Assembly: GCF_036321535.1 (NCBI RefSeq)
Contig: NC_087436.1
Location: 103,542,001 to 103,606,000, forward strand
Direction: 5' to 3'
DNA: 64,000 nt
DNA from: Camelus dromedarius
Taxonomy: Eukaryota
Under the pieces are notes generated by a model. That model saw only the letters and a list, made by a program, of their open reading frames with translations, had not been told where the DNA came from and ran no database searches. A program made the position numbers and the translations under genes. Position 1 is the first letter of the stretch; each line of letters begins with the position of its first letter. Of this stretch, positions 39,121 to 52,840 are shown one piece after another.

Positions 39121-40860
39121 CTCTAGAACCTAGCATAGTGTCTGGTACAGAAGAGGCACTCAATACATATTGAATAAATGAATAAATAAATAAGTGAAAA
39201 TCACTTCCATAACTTGCTATGTATAATGTCTCTGGCCAATTGTCTTCCATGAAAAACATCATTCTCACTGCTGTTCAAAGAGCTGTTAGAGTCTTCCTAG
39301 AAGTAATCACTAACCAACAGATGAGAGGAGGTTATTCCACAATGCAGATGAAGTTGGTTTGTTTGAATGTTCTTCCCCAACCTCATACTTGGGGTCAGAA
39401 TCACATTAAATATGTAAAGAATATTTATAAAAAGATATGTTTATATAAAAAGAATAACATGGAAATAATTTTTAACTGATTTACTTGCATAATAATGAAA
39501 TCTAATGTTCTAATAGTTTTAGAAAAGAAGAAGTAGTTATTTTAACAAATTAAATTTCTTAGTGGAAGTTAAAAAAATACATTAGAAATATCTTTACAAT
39601 AGCCTTGGAAGTCCTAAGTCAGTAGATCTTTCTGATATTTTCTGTATTTTTTTATTTTGAGGCTCTTTAAGTTTTACAAGTTTGAGACACAAGTAATCTG
39701 CAAAAAAAAAATACTAGAAATTTCAAGGCACTCACCCAAACTGTTGACTACCAACAGAGGAAAAGCATGGAAAGAACTGATGTAATAACTAACCTCACGA
39801 CTGAAGGAAAGACCAAATCCTAAAGGCCTCCACTCTCTACCCACCATATCTCGGTAATTCAAAGTGGAAAAGTGGTCAGGAAATCACATATACCGTGAGA
39901 GAGGTGGGCCTCCCACATTTGAGAAAAGGTTGCCTTTTCTGTTGCAAAATTGTTATAAAATTTAAAAGCCAAACACAAATGGAACAGAGCAGAGAGGCAA
40001 ATTATCTTCAAGAGATGGTGTGGCTTCTAAGCCAGCCATGCTTTATAATAATCAGACTAAATACACAGAAATTTAAAGGCAGTTGTCAATGATGTTGACT
40101 ATTGGTAATTGTTGATTCCTTAAAAAGCAACATCACAGCAGCAAGTTTGGAAAAGAGCCTCGCTGGAAACTGACTTTCCCTCTCCATGGAGGAAGATGCT
40201 CCCAGCGGGACCACAGATGTAAGCATTTGTGGTCAGCTGACTCTGAATGGTCTGGTAATTTTTGCCTGATGCAGAAACTTCCATTATAATATATGCTCCA
40301 TCTTTGAGTCCATATTCAACAGCAATTTTTTTTTTTTTTTGTAACCTGGCTTCCCCTGTGGATCTATATTCAGGAAGAAAAACGTCCAGTATAGAGTTCT
40401 ACAGGATTCTGGTTTACAGGGTCTTCTGACATTGGGTACCAATCCTTGGACTTGGCTAATGTGAATCTGTACCTGTGAGCTAAATCCACTGTTGGGGAAC
40501 TGACAAGTCAAAATTTTAAGACTGCAGGATGGGAGTGCCAGATACTGGACTGGGGAAAATTCACAGGGTAATCACTGCCACCCTGTGAAGACTCTTCTGG
40601 CAAACTGGTGGACTGTCCCTTGGCAAACAAACTCGGATTTTGCTACGACGACTTACTGGAGTTGTTTACATTTGGAGGAACTCTTCACAGGGACAAAATG
40701 AAATGCAATCAAATGAGTATCTTTATGTTACTGGTACAATGCTTGCTTTAAAAAAAATGACTCAATGTTCTAAAGTTGTAAGCAAAAAGAACTTTAAAAG
40801 GCAATCAGAGACCTCTAGGAAGTACAAAAACTTCATCCGCACTTGAAATACTGTTGAATG

Positions 40861-41337
40861 TGTTGACTGAAATAAATCAGCCTAAAAGTTGAGAGTTATG
40901 TTTTATTTGGCGGGAGGATTTGAGCTGGGATGACAGCCTCTCAGATCGCTCTGAGGGACAGCTCCAAAGAATTAGGGGAGGAGCTAGGATATATAGGTGC
41001 TTTACAACAAAGACCAGGCAGTTGGAACAATAAAAGATTACTTGTTATCTAAAGAAAACCAGGCATCTCAAGTTAAAGAATTTAGTGCTTTTCTATGTAC
41101 GGGAGGAAGCAAACATTTGGGCTCATTGAATTCATTCGTTTGACAAGCATCTAGCTATCTAGGGTGCTTTATTCTGTCCTTTGGTATTCTGAGTCCCCTC
41201 AGGGTGCACCACTGTGAGTGGCTGCAGAGGATGGGCTGCAGGCGTGTCTTCACTGGAGGGTGGCGGCAGCTGCTGATGACTTGATGTTTTCAGCATTCTT
41301 TGTTCACTGATATGGTTTGCAGTATTTTTCATTCACA
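40861..41337 (-). mobile_element. MER41-like artiodactyl ERV1 solo LTR
   Basis: tgttgactga...tcattcaca. Blocks ctcagatcgctctgag and aaagaaaaccaggcatctcaagttaaagaatttagtgcttttctatgta resemble MER41_BT. TSD aatg / agtg. Confidence 0.88.
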
Positions 41338-43187
41338 AGTGAAACAAGGGATAAACTAGCAAGGAAGAAAATGATTGGTCTAGCAGGGATAAGTGAGAGT
41401 CTACTTCATTACTATCAATCATCGGTGGTCTTAGAGATGTCCTAGAGTCCTATAGGCCTACTTTGTCAGGGGATAAAAGCAGGGAGGGGGGAGAAAAAGA
41501 TATTCCTGGGAGGTATTCAAGAATAACTCAGGTATTAGGAAGCTCTTGTGAAGATTCTTTTATTTTCCGCACCTCTGCTATTTTTTTCTCAGAAAAAAAT
41601 TGTAAAACTCCTTCAATTAAAAAGAATCCAAAAACTTAGTGATAATGATAATCACAATTTTCAAAAATATCTTTCATTTTTAAAAGCATACATTTAAATC
41701 CTTAAAGAGTTTCTGATGCGGAAAGGCAGTATGTCATAAGTCAGAGTCGTTATTTTCAGTATTTTTAACATAGTGCATTGTTTTCTCTCACTACTTTGAC
41801 ATTTATATACCCCTTCTATTTCTCAAGTAAACAGAACTTTTTAAAGAAGTGGATATTTAAGTTAAACCAATGGCTATTTAACACATCTTTTTGTGCAAAT
41901 AAAATTATAAAGTTACTTATAATTAAACCAATGCTAAAAAGAAAAGAATATGTTTGTTCTTGCTCTCACATTATACAGATTTCCAGATCAATCATTTTCA
42001 AAACTCCTGACATGTTTTACTCTCTTCTTATTCAAAAATAATAATAAAAAAACTACTAAGTTGGCTTTAAATTTTGCCTTATGAACCTGAAAGCCTAACT
42101 TATATTTCCCAAGAAGTGTTAAAAAAAAAAATCACCTTTCTGCAAAGAAAATATATGTGCTTGAAAGCTTGTGATCCAATTGACTCTAAGCATTCTAAGT
42201 GCCTTCCAGGCATGGATCCCTGGCTATGTAATAGAATGCATAGTCGCCCTCAAGATCACCTCTGATAAAGAATAAGCATGCAATGCTATGGTCTCCTTTG
42301 AAAATAATGACATTTTCAGCTGAAAGCTGGGTGAATAGGAGTTCACTAATAAAAGAATTCTTCTGAAAGTCAGATTCTAAATAACCACACTTTAGAGTCT
42401 TTCTTTTTCCTTTCTACCCTGTACAGAAGCCATAAAATCCAACTAGTTTTACACACACTTGCTGATTTTTAACTTTTCTCTCCCTTGCATGATTCTTATG
42501 ACCAAATTGTTCCAGATTAGTGTCATGATGGAAAGAGAATGGTCTAAGTGACTAAACAAGGAAGGTAATCCCATTCTGCTCTAAGTTCCTTACGCCGTCA
42601 GGTTTTAAAGGAAACCATCATTGCATGCAATCATTGAGTTTCTCTTAATAATTGGCCAACTGCCTGCAAGTTATCTTGGGCAGGCCGGCGGCGCTTAGCT
42701 TTCAGAAAATCAGTGCAAGTGCAGTACAGGATTCAGCATCCAAGACAGTTTGGAAATTTAATATTAAAAATATGTCCCTGGTGTTTAAACGTCCTGTCAG
42801 ATTTTAATTGACATTAGTTGTCACTGTGATAGCAATATCAGAATGCCCAAGAATAAAACGTTCATGAGATATGACTTAAACTCTATTGTTTAAAATAGAT
42901 TCCACCAATGTCAAGTTCAAGGTACTTGTCACCAAACTGTGAAAATCCTTGATTTTTGAAGTGCTCTGGTTACCAATAAAAGTATCAATCTAATTTAGAA
43001 TAGCCAGTGTTTCCCTTGGAACTCTCTAGTCTTGACACCTCAAAATGCCACTCGAGCCCTTAAAATTGGCTCTTCGTTCACTTCCACTCTATAGTGATTA
43101 GACCAGAGTAGCAATGCATCTTTATAATTGCTTCATAGGAAACCAAGCTGAGAGATTCTTCCATATCTAGAGCAAAAATTGTCAGGG

Positions 43188-43842
43188 TGTTGGAGCAGAC
43201 AGATAGCTAGATATGAGCAGAGAAAAGGAGACAAAGGCCAAATGTCAGGAATTGGGCAGGAAAGAGGGGCACAGGCCAAATGCAGGAAACCATACATCAT
43301 GTAAGCACCAGGGGTCCCTGGGCAGAGAAAGAAAAATAGGACCCTCTGTGCGGATAAGCGGTCACACTTTTCGGGGTGATGAGCGGCCCATGCCACAAAG
43401 AAAGGTGGGAAAAGGCAGAAATCTCCAGTGTCCAGTGTCTGAATGTAGCCTTTTGCTTGTTATGCCCTCATTTCAATAAAATGAGCTTTGCAGATTAGAA
43501 GTACCCATCATACACTGACGCCATGACACTTCTGATCCAGACTAAATAAGGACAAAAATCTCTCCTCCCTTTGGGAAGGTGGAGTTGGGATGAAAATCAG
43601 GAAAAAGACCCCAAACTCTTCTCTCCCCAATGACTATTCATTTTTACAGTCTGTGAACCAACTTGCCGAAGAAACTCAGCACAGCCGCTCACCTGAGCCT
43701 GCCCTGCTGGCTCTCCCCTTGAGAGTGTCCTATCCATACCTTAATAAATCCCCATTTTACTTTCTTAACCTCTACGTCTGGTCTTTGAACTCTTTCTGGG
43801 ACAGGACAAGAACCTGGACACCTGTTACATCTATTGGCAACA
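43188..43842 (+). mobile_element. ERV1-type solo LTR (lineage-specific)
   Basis: tgttggagc...ttggcaaca with a perfect 4-bp TSD aggg (43184-43187 / 43843-43846). AATAAA at 43743. Confidence 0.92.
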
Positions 43843-43947
43843 AGGGTAGACTCAGCTCTCATAAAGCAGGAGACACTTGATGAGACATTATCGTATTGAC
43901 GTGAAAGATTTATTACTAATATTTTTTCTTATAAAAACTTTCAGGGC

Positions 43948-44168
43948 TGCGATGGTTTGTGATGCACTGACTCAGCCAGGCTAACTAAACCACCAGGGTG
44001 GAATGGAGGGTCAGTAGGCATTTTGTGGGTTCAAGCTTGGCCATGATTTTCTTTTCTGCTTCCCCCACAAATTCCAGACTTGCTTAAATAGCCTCTCCAC
44101 TATGTATAAGCCAATTTTTGTAATAAATCTCTCTATATATGTATAAATCTTTCTTCTTCCCTCTCCAT

Positions 44169-44219
<51 letters not shown>

Positions 44220-44269
44220 CCTATGTAACTTCTTGATTCTGCTTCTTTGGTTGAGTCCTGGTTAACAGA
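43948..44269 (+). mobile_element. MLT2-type LTR (internally deleted) containing an (ATCT)n microsatellite at 44171-44219
   Basis: tgcgatggtt...aagccaatttttgtaataaatctc...gattctgcttctttggttgagtcctg. Confidence 0.7.
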
Positions 44270-45404
44270 CCCCCCACAATGGAAAGTACAACATTAGATA
44301 AAAGCTACTGTGACATATCTGTGTCATTTTAATTCCTAACAAAGTGGCCTACGTTTGAAAAATAATACCATATATTTATTAATTCATTACACACAAAAAA
44401 TTGTTGAGTATCCACCTAATTCCATTCTCTGTATTGGGCACATAGCAATGCCTGAAACAGTGAAACTGTTGCTGTCATAGAGTTCACAGTAAGGACTGAG
44501 GAAAGAGAATGACAATAAACAGAGGAAGTGCAGAAGTCAGATGGCAACAAGTAAGGGTTGTACGAGAATAGATTTCCTGGGGTGGTTCCATATGCTTTGC
44601 TTTGTAATTATTTATTATATCATGTGTTATATTTCATCTGTGATTCATTAAATGTGTTATGTTTCACACTTTAAAAAAAGATAAAAAGTACTAAAGGCGG
44701 TTTAGTGCAATAAGAAATGTCAGTGGGTCGTGAGGAGAGGGGTTGATCAGGGAAATGAGCTTCGAGCCCGGGGCAGAGACACAGCACAGGGGCGTGGATA
44801 TGGATCCACTAGTTTCTAAGAAACATACGCGTCCTCTGGGCCCTGTAACAGAACTAAGGTAAGAAAGATGACAGGTGGGCAGGCTTCACTGGCTGTGCAG
44901 TGCTGCAGTGGGCCTCGGGAGTCATTTTTAAGCATATTTAGTGTGATGGCCTTTGCTGTTTTTAACTATAAAATGTACCTTACATATCACAGCTTACTAC
45001 AAATATAGTTTCCCATGTAATGATTTTTCATTATCTTCTACAGTGTACTCGAATATTTTCTTTCTCCTTCTGTTCTTTTTCTTTTCATTTTAATCATTCA
45101 TTTGTGGGGGAAGAAGTGTTGTTGGCTGGTTTGTTTATGTTTTGCTTCTTTTCTATTTTATTTTCAAGAATGCTGGTCAAACCCATTAAATTGGATTCTA
45201 AACCTGTTGATGGATTGTAGCCTCAGTTGAAAAGCAACACTGCTTAAAATTTCTTTTGATGCTTATTACAAAGATATTGAATAAAGATTGATTTAAACAG
45301 CATGGAATTTAAAGAATTTTGTTAAGTGAAATGTCCATAATTTTAATGACCTTTTTTTTGCCATTGAGTAGACCTAGTAGCCAAATGACATTCTGTTATT
45401 TTAA

Positions 45405-47840
45405 CTCTTATTTATAAAACTTTTATTTTGAAATTTCCCAAACCTTCACAAAGTCCAGAGTCCAAAAGAAACATACATGAACCTGTCACTTAGCATCACA
45501 ACCACTGATATTTTGTTACCCAAAATGGTAAAGACCCCAGTTCTTATCATACCCAAAAGATAAGTTTACAGTTGGGAGACAGTGCATTGCGTAGCAAAAG
45601 ATTTTAAAAGATTTATTTAGAAAAGGAAAAGTACACCTTCAAGAAGAGGAGGTGGGCTGATCCAAGGAAGAAAAAGCAGTGGTTTCTGTCTCCCCTCTTA
45701 TACCCTTGCTTAGAGGCGGTCTCTTGATTGATTGACAGCTCTTGTCCCTGGAGTGCTTAGGCACGTATGGCCCCTTTGCGCATGTCCTTACCCACGGTGT
45801 ACACAGAAAAACCCATGGAGAGGGGCTAAACTGCAATGTTAATTATAATACAATGAACACTGGGTCGTGTCCGGTTAAGTCCTTTTCTGCTACCACACAG
45901 TCAGTTATGGCTGTCGGATTCTAACCAGCTTTTTGCTGTCACTCATTTAGAAGTAAAGCTCATTTATGCTGGAGGCAGGCATAACGCCATCTTCCAGCTC
46001 ATCTTCCCTCTCCTCCGCCTATCTGCCTGGTGCCCCCACCTATCTAACTATCTAACAACCTTGCCATATTCTTTATTCATCATCCCCAAGTTGAATTTTT
46101 TGGGGGGGAATAGGGAGGGTGGATTTTTTTCTGTCATATTTTAAGGTATTTTTCAGATGCAAAGTAACCAAATTCACACAATATTTCATTATGTGCCTTA
46201 AAACAAACAAACAAAAAATTCTTTCACATATTTGAAGCCATTATCAATACATGAAATAATTTAAAGTGATTTCCTAATATCATTCAAAGCACAGATTTAT
46301 ATGCAAATTTTCCCAATTGTCTAAAAATTATTTCTTACAGAAGTTCTCTTTAACTAAGGATCTAAACAAGGAACAGGTGTTGTAATTTGTTATGTTGCCT
46401 CTTTAATCTCTTTTAAATCTACTTAATCTAGAACAGCCTTTCCTTTTCTATGCAATTGTCCTGTTAAAGGAACTAAATTAATATTCTGTAAACTGTGTCA
46501 CTTTCTAGATTTGATTGATTGCTTTAGCATGATGGCATTGAACATATCCTATCTCCTCTGTTTCCTATAGACTGAGAGACGTAAAGGTTTGATAAGTTAA
46601 GGTTCCAATTTATTTATGCAAGAAAATTCATGGGTGCTGCTGTATACGTATTTCATCACATCGAGAGGCAAATTATGTCATTTGTTCAGCTTGTAGTAAC
46701 CCTAAAACTGGGTGACAGGGTTTAAGCAGGCACAGTCTGATTCCTCCACTGTGAAGTTCCCCTTTAAATTTTCACCTAATCTTTTTTATCATCTGCTAAT
46801 AACCAATTCTTAAATAAGATGTTTCATTTGAGATTGCAAAACTGTGGTTTTGCTAATTCCTTCTATATCTCTTAGTTGAAATTTCTTCTGTATCAAAGGT
46901 TTCTCTCTCTTTCTCTCTGTCTCCCCACACTATGGGTATGTGTATTACCCTAAAAGGCAAAATAAATGCCTAATTCTTTCTCTTTAATTATCAAATTTCA
47001 GATTAACGAGTTGGTGCCTTATCAACATCGAATTATGACTGGTGAGTTTAATTTTTATCTTCCCCCCTCTTTTCAATTTCATAATGAACTCATGGATTTT
47101 ATATATATAGTGATGTGTCTTAATCAATTGCAGTAACTCTAATCTTTTTCGTTCTTCAAATGTAAACGTACACTCACCTGCTTTCACAAAATGGAGCACA
47201 CCATGTATGCTTTTTGCAGTTTCCTACTATCACTTGATGATGTATGCTGGAGGTTGTGCCGTATGGAAGTGCAGAAATCTAACTCAACCCATATCAATGA
47301 ATAGAGCTCTAACTCTTCCCTTTTGCAACTACCTAATACTCCATTGTGGGCTGAAACAATAATTCTCTTTTAATATATATTTGGATTACTTCTAGTTTTT
47401 TTGCTATTAAAGTGATATAATGTGTAACTTTGTGCAAGTCATTTGGTATTTTTTCATGTTTCTTTAAGATAGTCTTCTCGAAGTAGAATTCCTGAGACAA
47501 GTGAGAAATAATTTAACCAGGCATTGCCAAATTCCTCTCCATAAGAGTTGAATCATTTTTGCATTCCCACTTGGAATACATGACTTACTGTTTCCCCACA
47601 GCCTTGCCAACAGACTATTTTGTCAACTTTTGAATTTTTGATGATAGAATAATTGGCAAATGCTGTCTCAATAAAGATTAATTTGCGTTTTTTTTTTAAG
47701 AGTCAGGATGAGGATTTTATATACAGTTAAGAGTCATTTATATTTCTTTTATTTGTTAAACCTCTGATTACTTTTTCCATTTGTTCTATTCACTTTGTTG
47801 GAATTTTCCTTTTTCATATTTAGATACTCTTCATATATTT
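45405..47840 (-). mobile_element. Old L1MC/L1ME 3' fragments, interrupted by the LTR at 45514-46057
   Basis: ttttattttgaaattt...acatgaacctgtcact, ctgattcctccactgtgaagtt, and ttgcattcccac...ccccacagccttgccaac. Confidence 0.75.
45514..46057 (-). mobile_element. ERV1-type solo LTR (related to 11399-12015)
   Basis: Minus strand reads tgttagatagttagatag...gggtaaca. tttatt poly(A) signal near 45611. Flanks attt / acct form a degenerate TSD. Confidence 0.85.
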
Positions 47841-49469
47841 GGTAGTTTTCTTGAGTACCTAGAAACAGAAGTTCAACTCAAATAAAATCAAATAACACAA
47901 TGTATGCATTCACTGTCATTAACTCTGTTCCAGATACCAAGAATAAAGCAACGCATACTGGTTTTAATAAGAGCTGTGATACCAAGACAAAAAGTTTGGA
48001 GGAAAGCTCACTTTAGAAGACTACTGTCTTGAGAGATTTGAATTCTGGGACAATAAGGGTTCTTTTGTCAGAAAGATACATTGAGCAAAGATAAAATTGT
48101 TCTTCTGAGTTCTATTAGTGAACGTTATGTTCTGGCAAAATTGAATTTAAGATGGCAACTAATTGCAGCTTAGTATTTCCCATGGCTTCTCGAAAACACC
48201 TGGCAACAAGCATGCTTGGAAAAATGTGAAATAAAATTTTTGGAAAAATGACCGTATGTCATTAATCTCAGACACTGCAAAACCCTGCTAGAAACAAAGC
48301 AGAAGGTGTAGCTAAGAAGTAAAAAATAAAATCAGTTAACAGCTTTTTTTTTTCCACCCTAGAACTCCTGGGGGAAGTCTTTAAAATTTCAGCATTTACC
48401 CCCGTAACTGTCTCCCACACATGGGAAATTCACCAGTACCTTTACAAGTCAGCCTCTTTTTCTGTTATTAAACTATTGCCTTCTCTTTTTTTGCCACTGC
48501 AATATTCAACTAAGGCAGTATTAAACTCTCTTAGGAAGGCTTCAATACCAACATGTTCTGTAAGAGCATCTGACTCATTGGTGAGTAGAAGCAACAAAAT
48601 ATAATAAAAACTAAACCAAACTAACTAAGCTAAACTAACCTCAGAAATTGCAAGACATGTGTTCTACTCATGTAGATAATTTGAACTTGGTTTATTCTGC
48701 ACACCTTTTTGAGATACATTTATCAAATTTCTTATTTGTAAACTGGGAATATCTGCACTTATCCTACCTACAACAAACAGTTGTGAAAATTAAATAAGTT
48801 TGTGCATATGAGGAAACTTTACAGTTGGGCACTGCTAGAACATTTGAAAAATAGTTCAATACTGTACATTTTTCTTATAATAAAATAATGAGTGTATGCT
48901 TCTTATGAAATATTAGGAAAACGCCAAAAAGTATAGAAAATAAAATTAAATTTATCTGTAACCCCACCCATCAGAGATAATGATATAATTTCTCCATTTC
49001 CCCAAACTGTAATTATACACATATACTGACATAAATTACACAAAGATTCATACTGCTTGTATCATACGATGGGTTCAGAATTCTGTATTTTTACTTCTCA
49101 ATTGATTTTATATTACAACTTGGCAAAATTATCCGTATATTTGTTTTCCATGCCATGATTTACTCAGATATGTTTCTAAGGTTGGTTACCTAGGATGTAT
49201 CTCATTGACTATTATTTTTTAAATGTCACAGTGATCATAAAATGTATTATTGTTAAACTAATTTTACTATATTAGAAGCACTCCTTTTGTCATGTGATGT
49301 TAATGATAGAGATGAAATTAGATACTCTTCAACCCTCTGTTATGAGTGGCTATAGTGTAAATAGCTTTTGAATTAAGATACAATATGAAAGAAAAACATT
49401 CAAGTTTCTACTAAGTGTCATATGCTTCTCTCTCTGCATGTCAATTCTAAATCTTTGTGAGGAGTGTAC

Positions 49470-52400
49470 TTTTTATTGAGATACAATTTACATGGAATGA
49501 AATGTTTGGATCATAAGTGTACAATTGGATGAGTTTTGGTATATTCTCAGGTATAATCAACACTCTATTAAGGTACAGAAAATTTTCTATATCCTAGAAA
49601 ATTCCACAGTGTCCCCTTAGTTATTCCACTCCTCACAGGTCACTGCTGTTCTGATTTCTACAACATAGTTTTGTCTAGTCTTGAATAAAATTCATATAAA
49701 TGGAATCAGACAATATGTGCTTCTTGCATCTGGCTTCTTTCACTCAACATGTTGTTTTTGAGATTCATCCACATTCTTGAGTGTATCAGTAATTAAATCC
49801 TTAAAAAGTTTACTCTATAGAATTCCATGTATGAATACAGAACAATTTGTTGTTTCGGGTTTGGGTCTATTATAAACAAAACTGCTAAAGATACTCTTGT
49901 ACAAATCTTCTTTATTTTTGCTTCTTGTAAGCACATACTTAGGAGTGGGTATGGTTATATAAGAAATGGCCAAACTGTTTTTCAAAACGGTTGTACAATT
50001 TTATACACCCACTGGCAACTTATGGGAGCCTCCATTGCTGCATTACCTCATCTGGTTCTCTGCATACTTTTAACTGTTGGTAGTCTAGTGTGTTTGACTT
50101 GTTATTTTATTGTACTCTTAATTTGTGTTTCTCCAAGGGCTGATGATGTTCAGCACACTTTCATGTGTATATTGGACAATCATATATATATTCTCATGTG
50201 TAGTGTCTGTAAAGTCTTTTGCCTCTTTTTACATGGTTGAGGTCTTTTTATTACTGATTTGTGGAGTTCTTTACATATTCAGAATATAAGTGCTTTATAA
50301 ACTACATGAATTTCAAATACTTCCTTCAATCTTGCCCCCATTTCTATGCTTTCTTTCAAAGAACATTAGTTTTACAGTTATGAAGTCCAATTTGTCAAAT
50401 TTTTATAAAATTTACACTCTTGGATGTCTCTTGAAGAAATATTTGCTTCACCAAGATCATGGAGACATTCTTTTATGTTTTCCTCTAGAAGCTTGCTTTT
50501 TATTGAAGCACATGTTTACTCTTTCTAGTGTCCTTTATTTCTTCCTGCTAAATCAAGTTTCCATCTGGTATCCATTTTTTTTTTAATGTGAAAGCTTCCT
50601 TTATCAATTCTTATATTTAGGTCTGCTTGCAGAAACTTTCTCAGCTTTTGTTTATGTGAAAATACATTTATTTCACTTGAAATTTGGAACACTTTTTTTT
50701 TGGCACTTTAAATATGCTATCCTATTGACTTCCAATCTCCACTGGTACTAATGTGATATAATTTGTAATCCTTTCATTTTTCCCTTAGCTGAGGCTATTT
50801 TCAAGATATTCTCCATTTTTTGGAGTTAATAATGTGTATAGTTTATTAATTTTCTGATTAAGTCTTCACATCTCCTTCGACAACTCTGAAAGCCACTTTT
50901 ATATCCTGTCAGATAATCCTTCTCATTAATTATTTCTCCCCAAAACCCCTTTCTGGAATCCTCTGTCCCCTTCCTGCAGTGTGGGTTGGCTGTGTTCCAG
51001 GCTTGCTGCCCCATTCTTGTCTGGTCTTCCTCCCAGGAGTTCCCTTTGCTTCATTCATGAGAAGGAACTCCTGTTTCCTGGACCCCATTTCTTCATTTTC
51101 TTTATTTCTTTGTTTCAGTGGAGCATATTTTCCAGGAATTTTCTGCTAGTTTGGTGGGTCTCCTGGGGAGGGGTGGGGGGTCTGTGGCCCAACACAGGGA
51201 CACAGACACAGTGGCAGACATTCAGGGGTGCTCATCTGAATGAAGTCTCCTTCCCTGAGGACATTTTTCCTGGACATTAGCACAATATTCTCTTTATCAT
51301 TGGTTTTTCAGCTGTTCCGCCATGTTGGTTTTCTTAGTATTCCAAATTTAGGAAGTTTTTGACCATTATTTCTTTCAGCATTTTTGATCATCTTAATCTT
51401 CTTTTTCTGGGACTCATATATATACTTGTATACAATATGTATTTATATATATATATATAATTGTATGTATTGCTCCACAAAACACTGAAACTCAGAATAT
51501 TTTTACAATGTTTTTCCATTTTATTCAATTTAATAATATCTATTAATCTGACTTCAAGTACACCAACTGCTTCTTTTACAGTATTAAATCTGCTATAAAG
51601 TCCATTAACTATTTTTATTTCTGATATTATACTAGTAATGTTGATTTTGTTTTTTTCAAATTTTAAAATTTCCATTTCTCCACTAAGAATCCCCATTCAC
51701 TCTTTCATCATGTATATTTTCCCTTTAAGTACTTGAAAAATATGTATATACACATACTATTTTGTTTAATTTTATGTCTTTTGTCACCATATAGTAAAAT
51801 AATTTTTTGATATACATTCCTATGAACTTTAACATATATAAAGATCCACACATCTACTACGACAGTCAGAATACGTAACAGTTCCATCACTCACAAACAC
51901 TCCCTTGTGATGTTCCTTTGTCTCCACATCCTTCCCACTCAAACCCCAGCAACCACTGATATATTCCCCATCCACATAGTTTTCTCTTATTGAGATTGTC
52001 ATATGAGTGGACCATATAGTATGTCTTGTTGAGATTGGTTTCTTTTACTTGGCATTATCCCTTTGAGATTGTAGCATGTAACAAGAGTTTGTCCATTTTT
52101 ATCACTGAGTAGTATTCCACCTATGGATATACCACAGTTTGTCTGTCCATTCAATCACTGAAGAATATTTGAGTTGTTTTCAGATTTAAACATTTATGAA
52201 TACAGTCACTGTAAACATTTCTGTACAGGTTTTGTCCTTCATTCATCCAGGACCTTTACTCTAGGATGTCACCCTTATTTCTAAGGAGTGGGCATTTGGG
52301 AGCTCAATAAATGCTGGAAGTCCTCAGCAATTTCTTGTGCTTTTGCTGGGCCAGAATTCCATCATCTCGAAGCCTTCTAAGACCTCTGACATTTCCATTC

Positions 52401-52840
52401 AGCTCTGAGTCCTGCAGCAGCACCCCTCCACTGGGCCTCATGCAGTTCTATCCTATCCATCTATAGTCCAACTACAGCCAGAGATTATGTGAGGAATCCC
52501 CACTCCAACTTCTCAGATCTCTGTCTTTGCTGCTCCTTCCTCTCTAGGACCAACGTACTGAAAATTCCATTGCCTGAAGCCACCCCAAACTCAGAACTCT
52601 ACCTTCTCAATTCAACTAGACTGTTTTCTTTTGCTTAAGCATCACCATCCTGTGCTGACATCCAGAAAGTGAATCTAGAAAGAGCTTGGGGTGGAATTCG
52701 TGTGTCTTTCTTCTCTCAGGGATCATAATATTGTGCCCCATGTTGTTCAATACATGCAAACAGTTCTATTTTGTTCAGCTTTATTGTTGTTTACAATAGG
52801 AATGCAAGTCTGATAACAGCTATTCTGTCATGGTTGGAAA
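49470..52840 (-). mobile_element. Composite old L1 block: L1MB/MC 3' end, ORF1 relic, nested L1 3' end (~51800-52230) and L1M 5' end
   Basis: ttttattgagatacaattta...aagtgtacaattggatgagtttt marks the 3' end. ORF 51388-51696(-) ..ISEIKIVNGLYSRFNTVKEAVGVLEVR.. resembles the ORF1p coiled coil. Confidence 0.8.
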
